Below the pieces are notes generated by a model. That model did not search any database. It was not told the DNA's origin and saw nothing but the letters and a program-made list of their open reading frames with translations. A stretch of DNA of 64,000 nt, from NCBI RefSeq assembly GCF_006345805.1, contig NC_043014.1, forward strand, positions 44,330,001 to 44,394,000. Reading direction: 5' to 3'. This stretch comes from Octopus sinensis. Lineage: Eukaryota. This document shows positions 28,636-40,610 of this stretch, one piece after another; position 1 is the first letter of the stretch; every line of letters begins with the position of its first letter. The position numbers and the translations under genes are program-made.

Positions 28636-29214
28636 TCCACAGTTTTGACAACAGTTGTAGAAAAAAAAATCAACACTCCCAATCATGCTATTTAAGCCAA
28701 AATCTTAAGAATTTAACAGCAGGTAAGGAATCGTGTGAACACTGAAGTATAACTCTTGTCTTCTTTCATTTATAATAATGTATTTATTGTATACAGAGCT
28801 CAGGTGCACTGCAACTCATCAGAAAAACTTATCAAAACTGCATCAACACTACATAAAATATACACAAGAAATGAACAGTGGACAAATCTTGAAACAAACA
28901 AAAAATAGAAGCTTACTTCTCTCCAAGATCAAGTGCTATCTCTGACTAAGTGTAATCCATGTCAAAAAGCTGTTAGGGGAATTTTTCTTTTTTTACCAAG
29001 TATACTATTCTTCAAACTAGGTTGTCTTTATTCTTCAATCTGAGACAGTGACAATACTACTGTTACATATACAGACATCAGCAGTGGTGCTAGAATGTGT
29101 GCCACCCTGGGCAGCTGCTCTTGAGTTTTCTCTCCAGCCACCCCACCCCCAACAGAAATTTGGGCCAGATATAGCTCATTTAAATACTGAAAGGTCAAAG
29201 AATATCAACATGAT

Positions 29215-29702
29215 ATAAAATATGTGATATTATATAATATAAAATATGTGACATTATAAAATATGTGATATTATATAATATAAGATATGTGACATTATAA
29301 AATATGCGATATTATATAATATAAAATATGTGACATTATAAAATATGTGATATTATATAATATAAAATATATGACATTATAAAATATATGATATTATATA
29401 ATATAATATATGTGATGTTATATAATATAAAATATGTGATATTATATAATATAAAATATGTGATATTATATAATATAAAATATGTGATGTTATATCATAT
29501 AAATATGTGATATTATATAATATAAAATATGTGATATTATATAATATAAAAATGTGATATCATATAATATAAAATATGTGATGTTATATCATATAAATAT
29601 GTGATATTATATAATATAAAATATGTGATATTATATAATATAAAATATGTGATATTATATAATATAAAAATGTGATATATAATATAAAATATGTGACATT
29701 AT
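29215..29702. repeat. Second, longer array of the same 24-bp minisatellite, with shorter variant units
   Basis: Same unit and same flanks as 23360-23592. Confidence 0.9.
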
Positions 29703-30817
29703 AAGTACCAAGTTCAGGCAAAAAAATGACAACAGGCCCACTCCAGCCCCCCTCCCCCAACAGAAAAATATAACATAATGCACAGTAGTTCCCTCTAAAA
29801 GTAGCATTCCCTTGAAAAGCATTGCTAGCCCAGGGTAGACCATCCCCTCACCCTTACCCTAGCAAGACACACCAAAGAGTATAAAAATAAGACCAATTGA
29901 TTGACATGAAGTCATTCATCAATGTATTCCTGCCTCTGGCTAACTGACATGCTGTATCCTCATTCTGCCTTTTCTACTGCTACTTCAGTGACTTGTGTTC
30001 CTCAGAATTGAATCATCTTGTAACATCTCCTCTAAGGCGCTCCCAAATCACTCATCCCTCCTCTCACTATCCTCTTACTATAAACCATTGCAGCCTTCCA
30101 TGTGCTGGGCTGTTTACCCAGTTATTATCATCTTATTATGCCAAATAATTTCTCTGAAGGAGGGAACACAATGAATGATGATAAGATTTTATATGATTAT
30201 TATATGATCCACTTTTGATTACCTCTTAGAACAGCCTCTCTTTCTTTGAATCCCAGTTGCCTTCTTTTGGTTGGCAGCATGATCATTACAAGACCTCAGT
30301 TCACTCCCAATGTCTCGGTTGAAACAATTTTAGCTGCAAACTAATTTTATTGACGTCAATGTGTTCATATTGAATCAGCATTTGTCAAAAACAAGTGTTA
30401 AAACAACATCTATCACTTGATGTCTATTTACATTGATGCATTTCTGAAGACGTTCTTGGAAATTGGTCTCCACTCTCTCCAGCATTGCTCTGTCAATTTG
30501 GGTGACTTCCACATGAATAGCTTCCTTTAAATCATCCACTGTATGGGGCTTATGAGCATACGCATGTGCTTTGAGGTTTCTCCACAAGAAATAATCACAC
30601 ATGGTAAAATCAGGGGACCAAGGGAACCAAGGAATGCCAGCAAAATTGGAAATGAGGCGGTCACTGAAGAGAGGGTGAAGAACGTCCATTGATGCTCTGG
30701 CTGTGTGGGCCATAGCCCCACCCTGCTAAAACCACACACATTAAACAGGCATACGTTTTCATCATAGTTCAGACACAAAGAAGTTGTTTATCATCTCAAT
30801 GTAACACTCAGAGTTCA

Positions 30818-31125
30818 CATCATAATCGTTTAGCGTCCGTTTTCCATGCTAGCATGGGTTAGATGGTTCAACTGGGGTCTGGGGAGCCAGTATGCTGCAC
30901 CAGGCCCAGTCTGATCTGGCAGTGTTTCTACAGCTGGATGCCCTTCCTAATGCCAACCACCCCGTGAGTGTAGTGGGTGCTTTTTACGTGCCACCTGCAC
31001 AGGTGCCAGATGAGGCTGGCAAATGGCCATGATCGGATGGTGCTTTTTACGTGCCATCGTCACGGGGGCCAGACGAGGCTGGCAACGGCCACAATCGGAT
31101 GATGTTTCTTACGTGCCACCAGCAC
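30818..31125 (-). mobile_element. 5'-truncated RTE 3'UTR copy inserted in the Tc1/mariner relic
   Basis: Strong similarity to 34800-35130, including the terminal gcggacgttaaacg-type end and a (gat)-like tail. Confidence 0.85.
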
Positions 31126-32126
31126 AGTAACAGTATTTCCATTATTGACTTCAAAAAAGTAAGAGCCAAAAAAGTAAGAGCAGTTTTTCCAACAATGCAC
31201 CAGATCATCACTTTTGGGCTGTGCAGTGGTCTTTCCTGCAGTTCTCTTAGATTTTCAAGAGCCCAATAACGACAGTTCTGTTGATTCACCATGTCATTGA
31301 GATGAAAATGAGCTTCATCACTCATTAGCAAAACGAGGTTGTCATTTGCCTCAAAAATTGCTTCTATCTGACATGCGATGTGCATAGTCCCATGGTTTCA
31401 ACTGTTGCCCAATGACCAATTTGTATAGGTGGAAATGCAAGTTTTCATGCAAAATATGCCTTACAGATTGATTACCGATGCCAGTTTCAGTGAAATGCCT
31501 CCAAGCAGAATGATTTGGGTTTCATATCAAAGCTTGTCTAATGCATTCCACATTTTCCGTGGACCGTACCATTCATGGCGCCCCCGCCGGTCTCCTGTTC
31601 ATTAGTGTACCTTATGTATGAAGTACATTCACCCAACAAAAGATTGTTATGGATGGGAACAGCCTGATTTCTGTTGATTCGCCATGCCATTGAGATGAAA
31701 ATTAGCTTCATCTCTCATTAACAAAATGAGGTTGTCATTTGCCTCAAAAATTGCTTCCATCTAATCTGTGAAGTTAAGCTACTGTGCATAGTCTGATGAT
31801 TTCAGTTGTTGCCCAATGACCAATTTGTACGGGTGGAAATGCAGATCAATGCCAAGTTCAGTTGAATGCCTCCAAGCAGAGATTCGGATTCCATATCAAA
31901 GCTTTTCTGATGCATTCCACATTTCCAAGGGTCCATACCATACGTGGCACCCCCACCAGTCTCCTATTCATTAGTGTACTTCATGTATGAAGTGCATTCA
32001 CCCAACATAAGATTGTGTTACGGGTGGGAACTGCCTTGATTTCAGTGAATGACGAAGTGATACCAAAACTCACACTGAACTGCTGCAACAGACTCATTAT
32101 TCTTTGCATAACTGTTGTTGGCAAAC

Positions 32127-32550
32127 AGGCACAGGAGTGGCTGTGTGATAAGTAGCTTGTTTACCAACCACATGATTCCGGGTTCAGTCCCACCGCGTGG
32201 CACCTTGGGCAAGTGTCTTCTACTATAGCCTCGGGCCAAACAAAGCCTTGTGAGTGGATTTGGTAGATGGCAACTGAAAAGAAGCCTGTCGTATATATGT
32301 ATATATATATATATATATATGCATGTGTATGTTTGTGTGTCTGTGTTTGTCCCCCTAGCATTGCTTGACAACCGACGCTGGTGTGTTTATGTCCCCATTA
32401 CTTAGCGGTTCGGCAAAAGAGACCGATAGAATAAGTACTGGGCTTACAAAAAAAAAAGAATAAGTCCCGGGGTCGAGTTGCTCGATTAAAGGCGGTGCTT
32501 CAGCATGGCCGCAGTCAAATGACTGAAACAAGTAAAAGAGTAAAAGAGTA
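32127..32550 (+). mobile_element. SINE family A copy inserted in the Tc1/mariner relic
   Basis: Full head and tail, lying between transposase N-terminal remnants and the 5' TIR. Confidence 0.85.
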
Positions 32551-34078
32551 AACACACGATGCTCTATTGTTCACAGTGCCATGGCTGCACCTGAAAAGAA
32601 AAAAAAATTGCTAAGACACCACAGACTGAATGGCACCTGTCAGACATATGTCCCTCCCACTGTGGTTGAGTAATAGCCATTTCAAAAATTGTCCGTCCTC
32701 TCTGCCTCACCCTGTACAACTTCTATGCAATAAATGTCATATTGCTTGAACTGTGAGAAAGTAAAGGAGGTTGTATGTAATCGCACAACTGGCTCAATGT
32801 AGTTTCCATATCTTCCTCAGTAATCTTTCTGCTCTCTTTAAAATATAGACCTGCATCTTGTGAGGCTGAGATCTTTGGCCAACATGTTCTATAAGGGTAC
32901 CGTAACTACAATGTGAGTCATACAACATGCACTACTTTAGTGAATCCTTCAAATGTGGAAAAACTTAGTAAAAGTAAGAGGCACAATACCAGTGAGCTAC
33001 TGACCACATAATTACAAGTTCAAATATTCTTTTCTACTCTAGGGCACAAGGCTAGAAATTTTTGGGGGTGTAGGACCAGTCGATTAGATCTACCTCAGTA
33101 TGCAACTGGTAGTTAATTTATCGACCCCAAAAGGATGATGAAAGGCAAAGTCGACCTCAGTGGAATTTGAACTCAGAACATAAAGACAGACGAAATACCT
33201 ATTTCTTTATTACCCACAAGGGGCTAAACATAGAGGGGACAAACAAGGACAGACATAGGTATTAAGTCGATTACATCGACCCCAGTGCAGAACTGGAACT
33301 TGATTTAACGACCCCGAAAGGATGAAAAGCAAAGTCAACCTCGGCGGAATTTGAACTCACAACATAACGACAGACGAAATACTGCTAAGCAGTTTGCCAG
33401 GCATGCTAACGTTTCTGCCAGCTTGCCTTCTTACAAGTTCAAATATTACTGCTAAATCAAAACTGCCTGGCAGCAATGAGTATATTCAGCCTAATTCTAT
33501 TCTGTTTATTTGTTCCCATCCCTATATCATACTCAACACCAGGCATCAAATCACTTCCCTCTCCTCCTCTCCCACTCTCAGTTGTTGGGGCTTTTTCATT
33601 TTGAAAGTTAATTGGTGACCTTCACTGGTACTATGAAGACGAAAGCACACAATACACTCTGTGTACATGGTGTGTAAGTGTTTTTTTTCTTCTTTTTTTC
33701 TTTTTTTGCTTTTTGTGACACCAGCATTAGTAGACAATCCAATATTGGAGCTCAAGGCAATCCCCTAACTTTCTGGATTCTGTTGAGCCATTCTATGCTT
33801 GCCAACATGGAAGGCAGACTTTAAATGATGACGATGATGATGATGCTCTGTTTGTATACAAGTATAACAAAACAGTAGACTGCAGACTGGAGTTGCATGA
33901 ACAATAACTAGAAAACATAAAATCAGCACCAATCAGCTATATATCATTATCATCATTTGACTTCTGTTCTCCATGCTGGCATGGCTTGGATGGTTCGACA
34001 AGAGACGACAAACCAGAGGGCAGCACCAGGCACCAGTCATTGTTTTGGAATGGTTTCTACAGCTGTCATGCACAAATG

Positions 34079-34126
<48 letters not shown>

Positions 34127-34309
34127 GGAGAGAGAGGGAGAAAGAATGAGAAATAAATAGATAGATAGTAGATAGATATAGATATATAAATATATCTGTA
34201 AATATAATATGTGACAATTATTTGATAGCCATGATAAAACTCCGAGTTTCGGATGTTGGGGTTTTATCATGGCTACTGAATAATTGTCACATATTATATT
34301 TACAGATAA

Positions 34310-34760
34310 ACTCCTCTATTTACATAATTTCAAGGTCTCTTTCATTCTTTTGTTGTCTTACCATTTCTATCAATATGTGTGTGTGTATATATATATATAT
34401 ATAAGGAAATCTTACTTTGCTTATAAAATCTCTATATTTTGATGTACTCATTTTAAACTCTGTTGGACTTTTGGACTTTACTCATAGAATATTGGAATAT
34501 TGCGTATATACCATTATGCCTAAAAAACGGATTTACAACTTCAATACCCATACTTATCTTGCATCTATTTTCTTTCCTCCACCTCACTCTCCATTTTCTA
34601 TCAGAGCTAAACTAACTATGACTTAACTATCCTCTCACACCTCTCTGATGAAGGGATATGATTAATAAATATCCTGGAAACAGTTGTAAGACCATCTATC
34701 TATAAATGCTCTGATATCTACAAAGCCTTGGTTTTTTATCTCATTACGCAAAAAATTCAT
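34310..34760 (+). mobile_element. Penelope-like repeat fragment (related inverted copy at ~59230-59400)
   Basis: Two dispersed copies share the ctgatgaagg…gaaacag(t/c)tgtaagac motif typical of Penelope-like element termini. Confidence 0.45.
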
Positions 34761-34766
34761 ATATAT

Positions 34767-34767
<1 letters not shown>

Positions 34768-34799
<32 letters not shown>

Positions 34800-37700
34800 G
34801 TTTAACGTCCGCTTTCCATGCTAGCATGGGTTGGACGGTTCAACTGGGGTCTGGGGAGCCCGAAGGCTGCACCAGGCCAGTCAGATCTGGCAGTGTTTCT
34901 ACAGCTGGATGCCCTTCCTAACGCCAACCACTCCGAGAGTGTAGTGGGTGCTTTTATGTGCCACCGACACAGGTGCCAGACGAGGCTGGCGAACGGCCAC
35001 GCTCGGATGGTGTTTTTATGTGCCACCGACACAGGTGCCAGACGAGGCTGGCAGACGGCCACGCTCGGATGGTGTTTTTATGTGCCACCGACACAGGTGC
35101 CAGATGAGGCTGGCAGACGGCCACGCTCGGACGGTGTTTGTTACGTGCCCACAGCACGGAGGCCAGTCGATGCGGTACTGGCTACGGTCCCTTTCGGATG
35201 GTTTTCTTATGTGCCACTGGCACTGGTACCACAAGGATACAAATTCCATTGATGTTCATCTATTTTGATTTGGTTTGACTTGATTCGATTTGACTTTGAT
35301 TTGATTTGCCTCAACAGGTCTTCACAAGTGTCACAAGCAGGAAGGTATGCACAGGCAGACTGACTACGTCCCAGGTAGGGGCCACGGGTTATGGCTTCAC
35401 TAGTCTTGCCGGGTCTTCTCACGCACAGCATACTTCCATAGGTCTCGGTCTCTGGTCATTTCCATGGTGAGACCTAATGTTCGAAGGTCGTGCTTCACCA
35501 CCTCGTCCCAGGTTTTCCTGGGTCTACCTCTTCCACGGGTTCCCTCAACTGCTAGGGATTGGCACTTTCTCACACACCTATCTTCATCCATTCTCGCCAC
35601 ATGACCATACCATCGCAATCGTCTCTCTTGCACGCAGCAACTGATGCTTCTTAGGTACAACATTTCTCTTAGGGAACTAACACTCTGTCGAGTAAGTACA
35701 CTGACATTACACATCCATCGGAGCATACTGGCTTCATTCCTCATGAGCTTACGCATGTCCTCAGCAGTCACGGCCCATGTTTCACTGCCATGTAGCATGG
35801 CAGTTCGAACACATGCATCATACAGTCTGCCCTTTACTCTGAGTGAGAGGCCTTTAGTCACCAGCAGAGGTAAGAGCTCCCTAAACTTTGCCCAGGCTAT
35901 TCTTATTCTAGCAGTTACACTCTCAGCGCACCCATCCCCACTACTGACTTGGTCACCTAGATAACGGAAGCTATCAACTACTTCTAATTTTTCCCCCTGG
36001 AAAGTGACGGAAGTTGTTTTCTGCAGATTTTCGGAGGTCAATGCTCCCGAGCATCTGCCACATATAAAGACTATCTTCCCAGTTAGCCTACCTTTGACAT
36101 TGCTGCACCTCTTATGTGTCCATAGCTTACACTGGGTACATCTTATAGAGTTTCTACCTACACCTTTTCTACAGATCGAGCAGGGCCATCTTCCTGAGGT
36201 CATTTGTGGATTGCCTACCTTTCTACTTATTAGTACTTTGGTTTTAGCTAGGTTGACTCTAAGGCCCCTCGATTCTAAACCCTCCTTCCACACCTGGAAC
36301 TTCTCCTCCAGTTCTGATAGTGACTCAGCAATTAGAGCGAGGTCGTCAGCATAGAGGAGCTCCCAGGGGCAACCTGTCTTGAATTCCTCTGTTATTGCCT
36401 GGAGGACTATGATAAATAGGAGGGGGCTGAGTACTGAACCCTGGTGGACCCCAACCTCTACTTTGAATTCTTCTGTGTACATGTTGCCAACCCTAACCTT
36501 GCTTACGGCATCTCTGTACATGGCTTGCACAGCCCTCACCAGCCATTCATCTATCCCTAGTTTCCTCATTGACCACCAGATGAGGGATCGGGGGACCCTA
36601 TCAAAGGCTTTCTCCATGTCAACGAAAGCCAGGTACAAGGGCTTATCTTTGGCTAGGTATTTCTCCTGCAGCTGCCTTACCAGGAATATAGCATCAGTGG
36701 TGCTTTTCCCTGGCACAAACCCAAACTGCATCTCATCTAAACTAAATCTCTCTCTAATTTGTTGGGCTATGACCCTCTCCGTAACCTTCATTACCTGATC
36801 CAACAGCTTGATACCTCTGTAATTATTTGTATCTAGGGCATCACCTTTACCTTTGTAGCAGTTGACTAGTACGCTGCTACACCAGTCATTGGGTATGACT
36901 CCTTCGTGTATCACCTGGTTGACTATACGGGTGACTAGGTTATAGCCGACACTGCCAGATATTTTGAGCATCTCTGCAGTAATTCCTGATGGGCCTGGGG
37001 CTTTCCCTGTCTTCATGCTTCTAATTGCCTTAGCTACCACGGAACAATCAACTCGGATAGCTGGTCCCTCTGTTGGGTCAACATTCGGCAGACTCTCTTT
37101 ATCCCATTCATTTTCTTTATTCAGCAACCTTTCATAGTGGCATCTCCAAACCTCTCTCTTTGCATCCTCATTTAGCGCAAGTGAACCATCATCCATGCGA
37201 ACACACTTCTCTCCTACCACATCACGATTCTCTCTCACACACTGTCTTGCAACACGAAATACCTCAAGTCTTTCATCCTCACGGCGCAGAACATTGGCAA
37301 ATTTTTTCTTATCCGCTTCCCCTCTGGCTAAATAAACCTGTCTCCTAGCTTCCCTTCTGGCTGTCTGATACAATTCCCTGCTACCACCGTTCTTCCAGTC
37401 CTTCCAAGCCTCTCTCTTTTGTCTAATAGCCCTGTCAACCACAGTGTTCAACCACCATGTTACTCTGGGTTGAGATGGTACTTTGCTCCATCCACAGATC
37501 TGGTCAGTGGCTGTCAGCAGATTGTCCCGTAGAAATCTCCAGTTGTCTTCCACATTAAGTGAAGCTATATCCCCTTCTATTTCGTCAAAGGCTTTGAGTA
37601 GTATGTCTCTAAATCTCTGTCCATTTGCAGGATCTTTAAGCTTCCAGACCCTTCTCCTCCAAGCAGGTCTTCTTCTGGGCAACCATTTAGCTCTGATCCT

Positions 37701-38630
37701 GAAGTCGCTAACTACTAATCTATGTTGAGGAGTGCATTCTTCGCCTGGAAAGGTTTTGGCATTTATAATCAGCCCTCTTTCCCTTTTTCTGGCAAGGATG
37801 TAGTCAATCTGGCTGGTGTGTCTGCCAGAACGGTAGGTGACTAGGTGAGAGGAGAGTTTCCTGAAGTTGGTATTGCAGACCATAAGGTCATTTGCATCAC
37901 AGAACTCCAGCAGCCTGGTTCCCTCCTCATTACGAGAGCCGAAACCGTAGCCTCCATGGACGCCATGGAAGCCCCCGACATGCCGTCCGACATGTTCATT
38001 GAAATCACCTGCCACGAAGAGAAGGTCACTGTCATTTGTCAACGAGGTAGTTTGCAATAGGGTGTCATAGAATTGGTCTTTTTGTCCTTCCGGTAGCCCT
38101 GGTTGAGGGGCATATGCTGAGATGATGGTAACTGTCCTGTGGTGAAGAACTAATCTAATTTTAATTACTCTGTCACTTACTCTGACTACCTCAATTACCT
38201 TACCTATCCATTTCTCTGCAAGAAGTATACCCACGCCCCCGACCCCGTCAGTGTTCCCTGCCCAGAAAATCTTGTACCTGTGTTCCTTGCCTGTGAGGAG
38301 CCTAGCGGAACCTCCTCTCCACCTTACTTCCTGGATACAACATACATCCACACGTCTCCGTTCAAGCAGCTCTACAATCTCTCCAGACCTACCTTTCAAT
38401 GTGCCAACATTGAGTGTGCCAACTCTGAGGGTGTGGGAGGTGTGGGCATCTGAGACCCTGGGATGAGGGGCAGCCGTGTCATGTACCTGAAAAGAAAGCT
38501 TGCATTTGGCAGATTTCATATGGAAACACTAGACTACAACCTGCATACATTTCACAATTTTTGCGCTATATGATCAGATAAACCCTACATAGGTGCCAGT
38601 GGGGGGGTAATTAGGTAAGACAGGGGTAGA
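34768..38630 (-). mobile_element. Apparently full-length RTE-clade LINE retrotransposon
   Basis: Single long ORF, ~600-bp 3'UTR containing three 62-bp tandem units, and a (GAT)n tail at 34768-34799. The 5' boundary is approximate. Confidence 0.92.
35400..38519 (-). CDS. RTE ORF: AP-endonuclease + reverse transcriptase + Cys-rich finger insert, 1039 aa
   Basis: True ATG at 38519. APE motifs GTLNVGTL, IQEVRW, GDFN, IDYIL, QHRLVV; RT motifs YRGIKLL, FVDMEKAFDRV, GVHQGSVLSP, YADD; CxxC…C…HxxC…CxxC insert; RGRGRPRKTW C-terminus. Confidence 0.97.
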   Translation of the reverse strand: MKSAKCKLSFQVHDTAAPHPRVSDAHTSHTLRVGTLNVGTLKGRSGEIVELLERRRVDVCCIQEVRWRGGSARLLTGKEHRYKIFWAGNTDGVGGVGILLAEKWIGKVIEVVRVSDRVIKIRLVLHHRTVTIISAYAPQPGLPEGQKDQFYDTLLQTTSLTNDSDLLFVAGDFNEHVGRHVGGFHGVHGGYGFGSRNEEGTRLLEFCDANDLMVCNTNFRKLSSHLVTYRSGRHTSQIDYILARKRERGLIINAKTFPGEECTPQHRLVVSDFRIRAKWLPRRRPAWRRRVWKLKDPANGQRFRDILLKAFDEIEGDIASLNVEDNWRFLRDNLLTATDQICGWSKVPSQPRVTWWLNTVVDRAIRQKREAWKDWKNGGSRELYQTARREARRQVYLARGEADKKKFANVLRREDERLEVFRVARQCVRENRDVVGEKCVRMDDGSLALNEDAKREVWRCHYERLLNKENEWDKESLPNVDPTEGPAIRVDCSVVAKAIRSMKTGKAPGPSGITAEMLKISGSVGYNLVTRIVNQVIHEGVIPNDWCSSVLVNCYKGKGDALDTNNYRGIKLLDQVMKVTERVIAQQIRERFSLDEMQFGFVPGKSTTDAIFLVRQLQEKYLAKDKPLYLAFVDMEKAFDRVPRSLIWWSMRKLGIDEWLVRAVQAMYRDAVSKVRVGNMYTEEFKVEVGVHQGSVLSPLLFIIVLQAITEEFKTGCPWELLYADDLALIAESLSELEEKFQVWKEGLESRGLRVNLAKTKVLISRKVGNPQMTSGRWPCSICRKGVGRNSIRCTQCKLWTHKRCSNVKGRLTGKIVFICGRCSGALTSENLQKTTSVTFQGEKLEVVDSFRYLGDQVSSGDGCAESVTARIRIAWAKFRELLPLLVTKGLSLRVKGRLYDACVRTAMLHGSETWAVTAEDMRKLMRNEASMLRWMCNVSVLTRQSVSSLREMLYLRSISCCVQERRLRWYGHVARMDEDRCVRKCQSLAVEGTRGRGRPRKTWDEVVKHDLRTLGLTMEMTRDRDLWKYAVREKTRQD

Positions 38631-39598
38631 AATATATATATAAAACAAAGTGGAGTTGTAGGGTACCCCGCGAGTGAAATTATATACGAAAGGTTTGAAA
38701 ATGCAATTTTAAAAGATGTTTATTTACTTTACTGGTTTCACTCTTTGGAAAAATATTGTCAAAAGTAACATGTAGAAGTTTGGTTGCGTTAATTATTGGT
38801 TGTTACAAATTGCTACATTACATATATACAGTCTTTGGTAACAAGGACATGTTAAGGACATTAAAAAGTTTAACAAGTTCCTTAAAATATTGGGCACAAA
38901 AGATTACAACATATATATACATTCTCAAGAACATGCTTAAGATAGTTTCCAGAAGGAATTATTAAAAAGTTCAGTGGGATATTGGTATTGGTATTGTATC
39001 TATATATATATATACTAGCTTAAAAACCACACCCTGTGCGGACCTTTAAGTTAGCTCCTGTGGAGGGCTAACTAGGTTTGCGGCCCAAAACTAAAGAGAG
39101 CTAAATACCATGCTTGTAATATGTCTATAATGACTATATATGCCCTGGTGGTGTTTGATCAGAGGTTAAGGATGGATGAGAATTAATTCTGTGATGCAGT
39201 CATTCTAGTGTTCCAGTCCCAAGTTCAATTCCAACTGTTGATCATTTTGTCCCAAAGTTCTTATCTTGGCATAAAAGTAATGAAGCAAATGTCATTTTTC
39301 CCCACCTTGTTCTCTGATGTCATCTGACAAATGCCACTAAGATGGCATGAATCAGCCAAGAATCAACCTGCTAGAAATAGCAACCCAAATGCTTTTAAAT
39401 CAGAGCCCAATGCTGGATGTTGAAGAACCAAATGAAGGGCAGAGTTTCAATCCCAAGATCATCTTGATTCCAAATGTCTATGTAGGGCAAATATAGACTG
39501 AGATACAGGGGTCCCAAACGGACAGACAGAATTTGGCTTTTATTAACATATATGCATGTATGTATGGATGGATATATGTATGTGTGTATGTGTATGCA

Positions 39599-39631
<33 letters not shown>

Positions 39632-39695
39632 GTATGTATGTATATATGTATGTATGTGTGTATGTATGCATATATGTGTATGTATGTATGCATAC

Positions 39696-39763
<68 letters not shown>

Positions 39764-40610
39764 GTATATATATATTCTTTTATTCTTTTACTTGTCTCAG
39801 TCATTTGACTGAGGCCAAATCAACCTCAGAATTTATTCTTTGTAAGCCTAGTACTTATTTTATTGGTTCTCTTTTGCTGAACCGCTAAGTTACAGAGACA
39901 TAAACACACCAACATCAGTTGTCAAGTGATGGTGGGGTGACAAACACAAACACACAAGCACACACACACACATACACACACACACAACACATGTAAATAT
40001 ATGTATATATGATAGGCTTCTTTCAGTTTCCGTCAACCAAATCTACTCACAAGGCTTTAGTTGGCCCAAGGCTATAATAGAAAACAGACACTTGCCCAAG
40101 GTGCCACACAGTGGAACTGAACCTAGAACCATGTGGCTGCAAAGCAAGCTTCTTACCACACAGCCACTCCTATGTGACCACGTCTGTATCGTTAGGGATT
40201 TTTTTTCCTCTGTCTTCTGTTCCTTGGATCTTTCCTTTTTCGATGTTTCTGTCGAAGAGCTCCGCTCGAAACATTAAATCCTCCTTCTTTCTTTCCTTTC
40301 CTTAGCATCCAATATCACTATACTTGTTCCACGTCCTCGCGTTGTTGCATTTTCCCTTTGTGTTTTCATATTTGGATTAACTATATATATATATCAGTCG
40401 CCATGATAATCGTTAGCCACTACACACATTTTTCTTCTCTCCTTGTTTTTTTCTGTGTCCCTTTCTGTAGAAGAGCGTAGGCTCGAAACGTAAGAGACTT
40501 TTTCTATTCCTGAGCGTTATACTAATACATCTGTTTGTTTTCTACACCACTACCTTCGTCTTTTGTTTTTTCTGTAAACTCTCCCAGTATGTATATATAT
40601 ATATATATAT

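Larger units (their letters stand above)
30375..32716 (-). mobile_element. Decayed Tc1/mariner-superfamily (maT-like) DNA transposon, interrupted by RTE and SINE insertions
   Basis: Transposase fragments SDEAHFHL…NQQNCRYW…PLHSPKV (31047-31385) and W.PWSPDFTMCDYFLW…LKEAI (30375-30713). A TA-CAGGGTG terminus lies at 32708-32716; the opposite TIR was not seen. Confidence 0.8.

Noticed and set aside
34950-35140. CRISPR-like regularly spaced repeats
   Set aside because: These are 62-bp tandem units of the RTE 3'UTR with no unique spacers, in a eukaryotic context.
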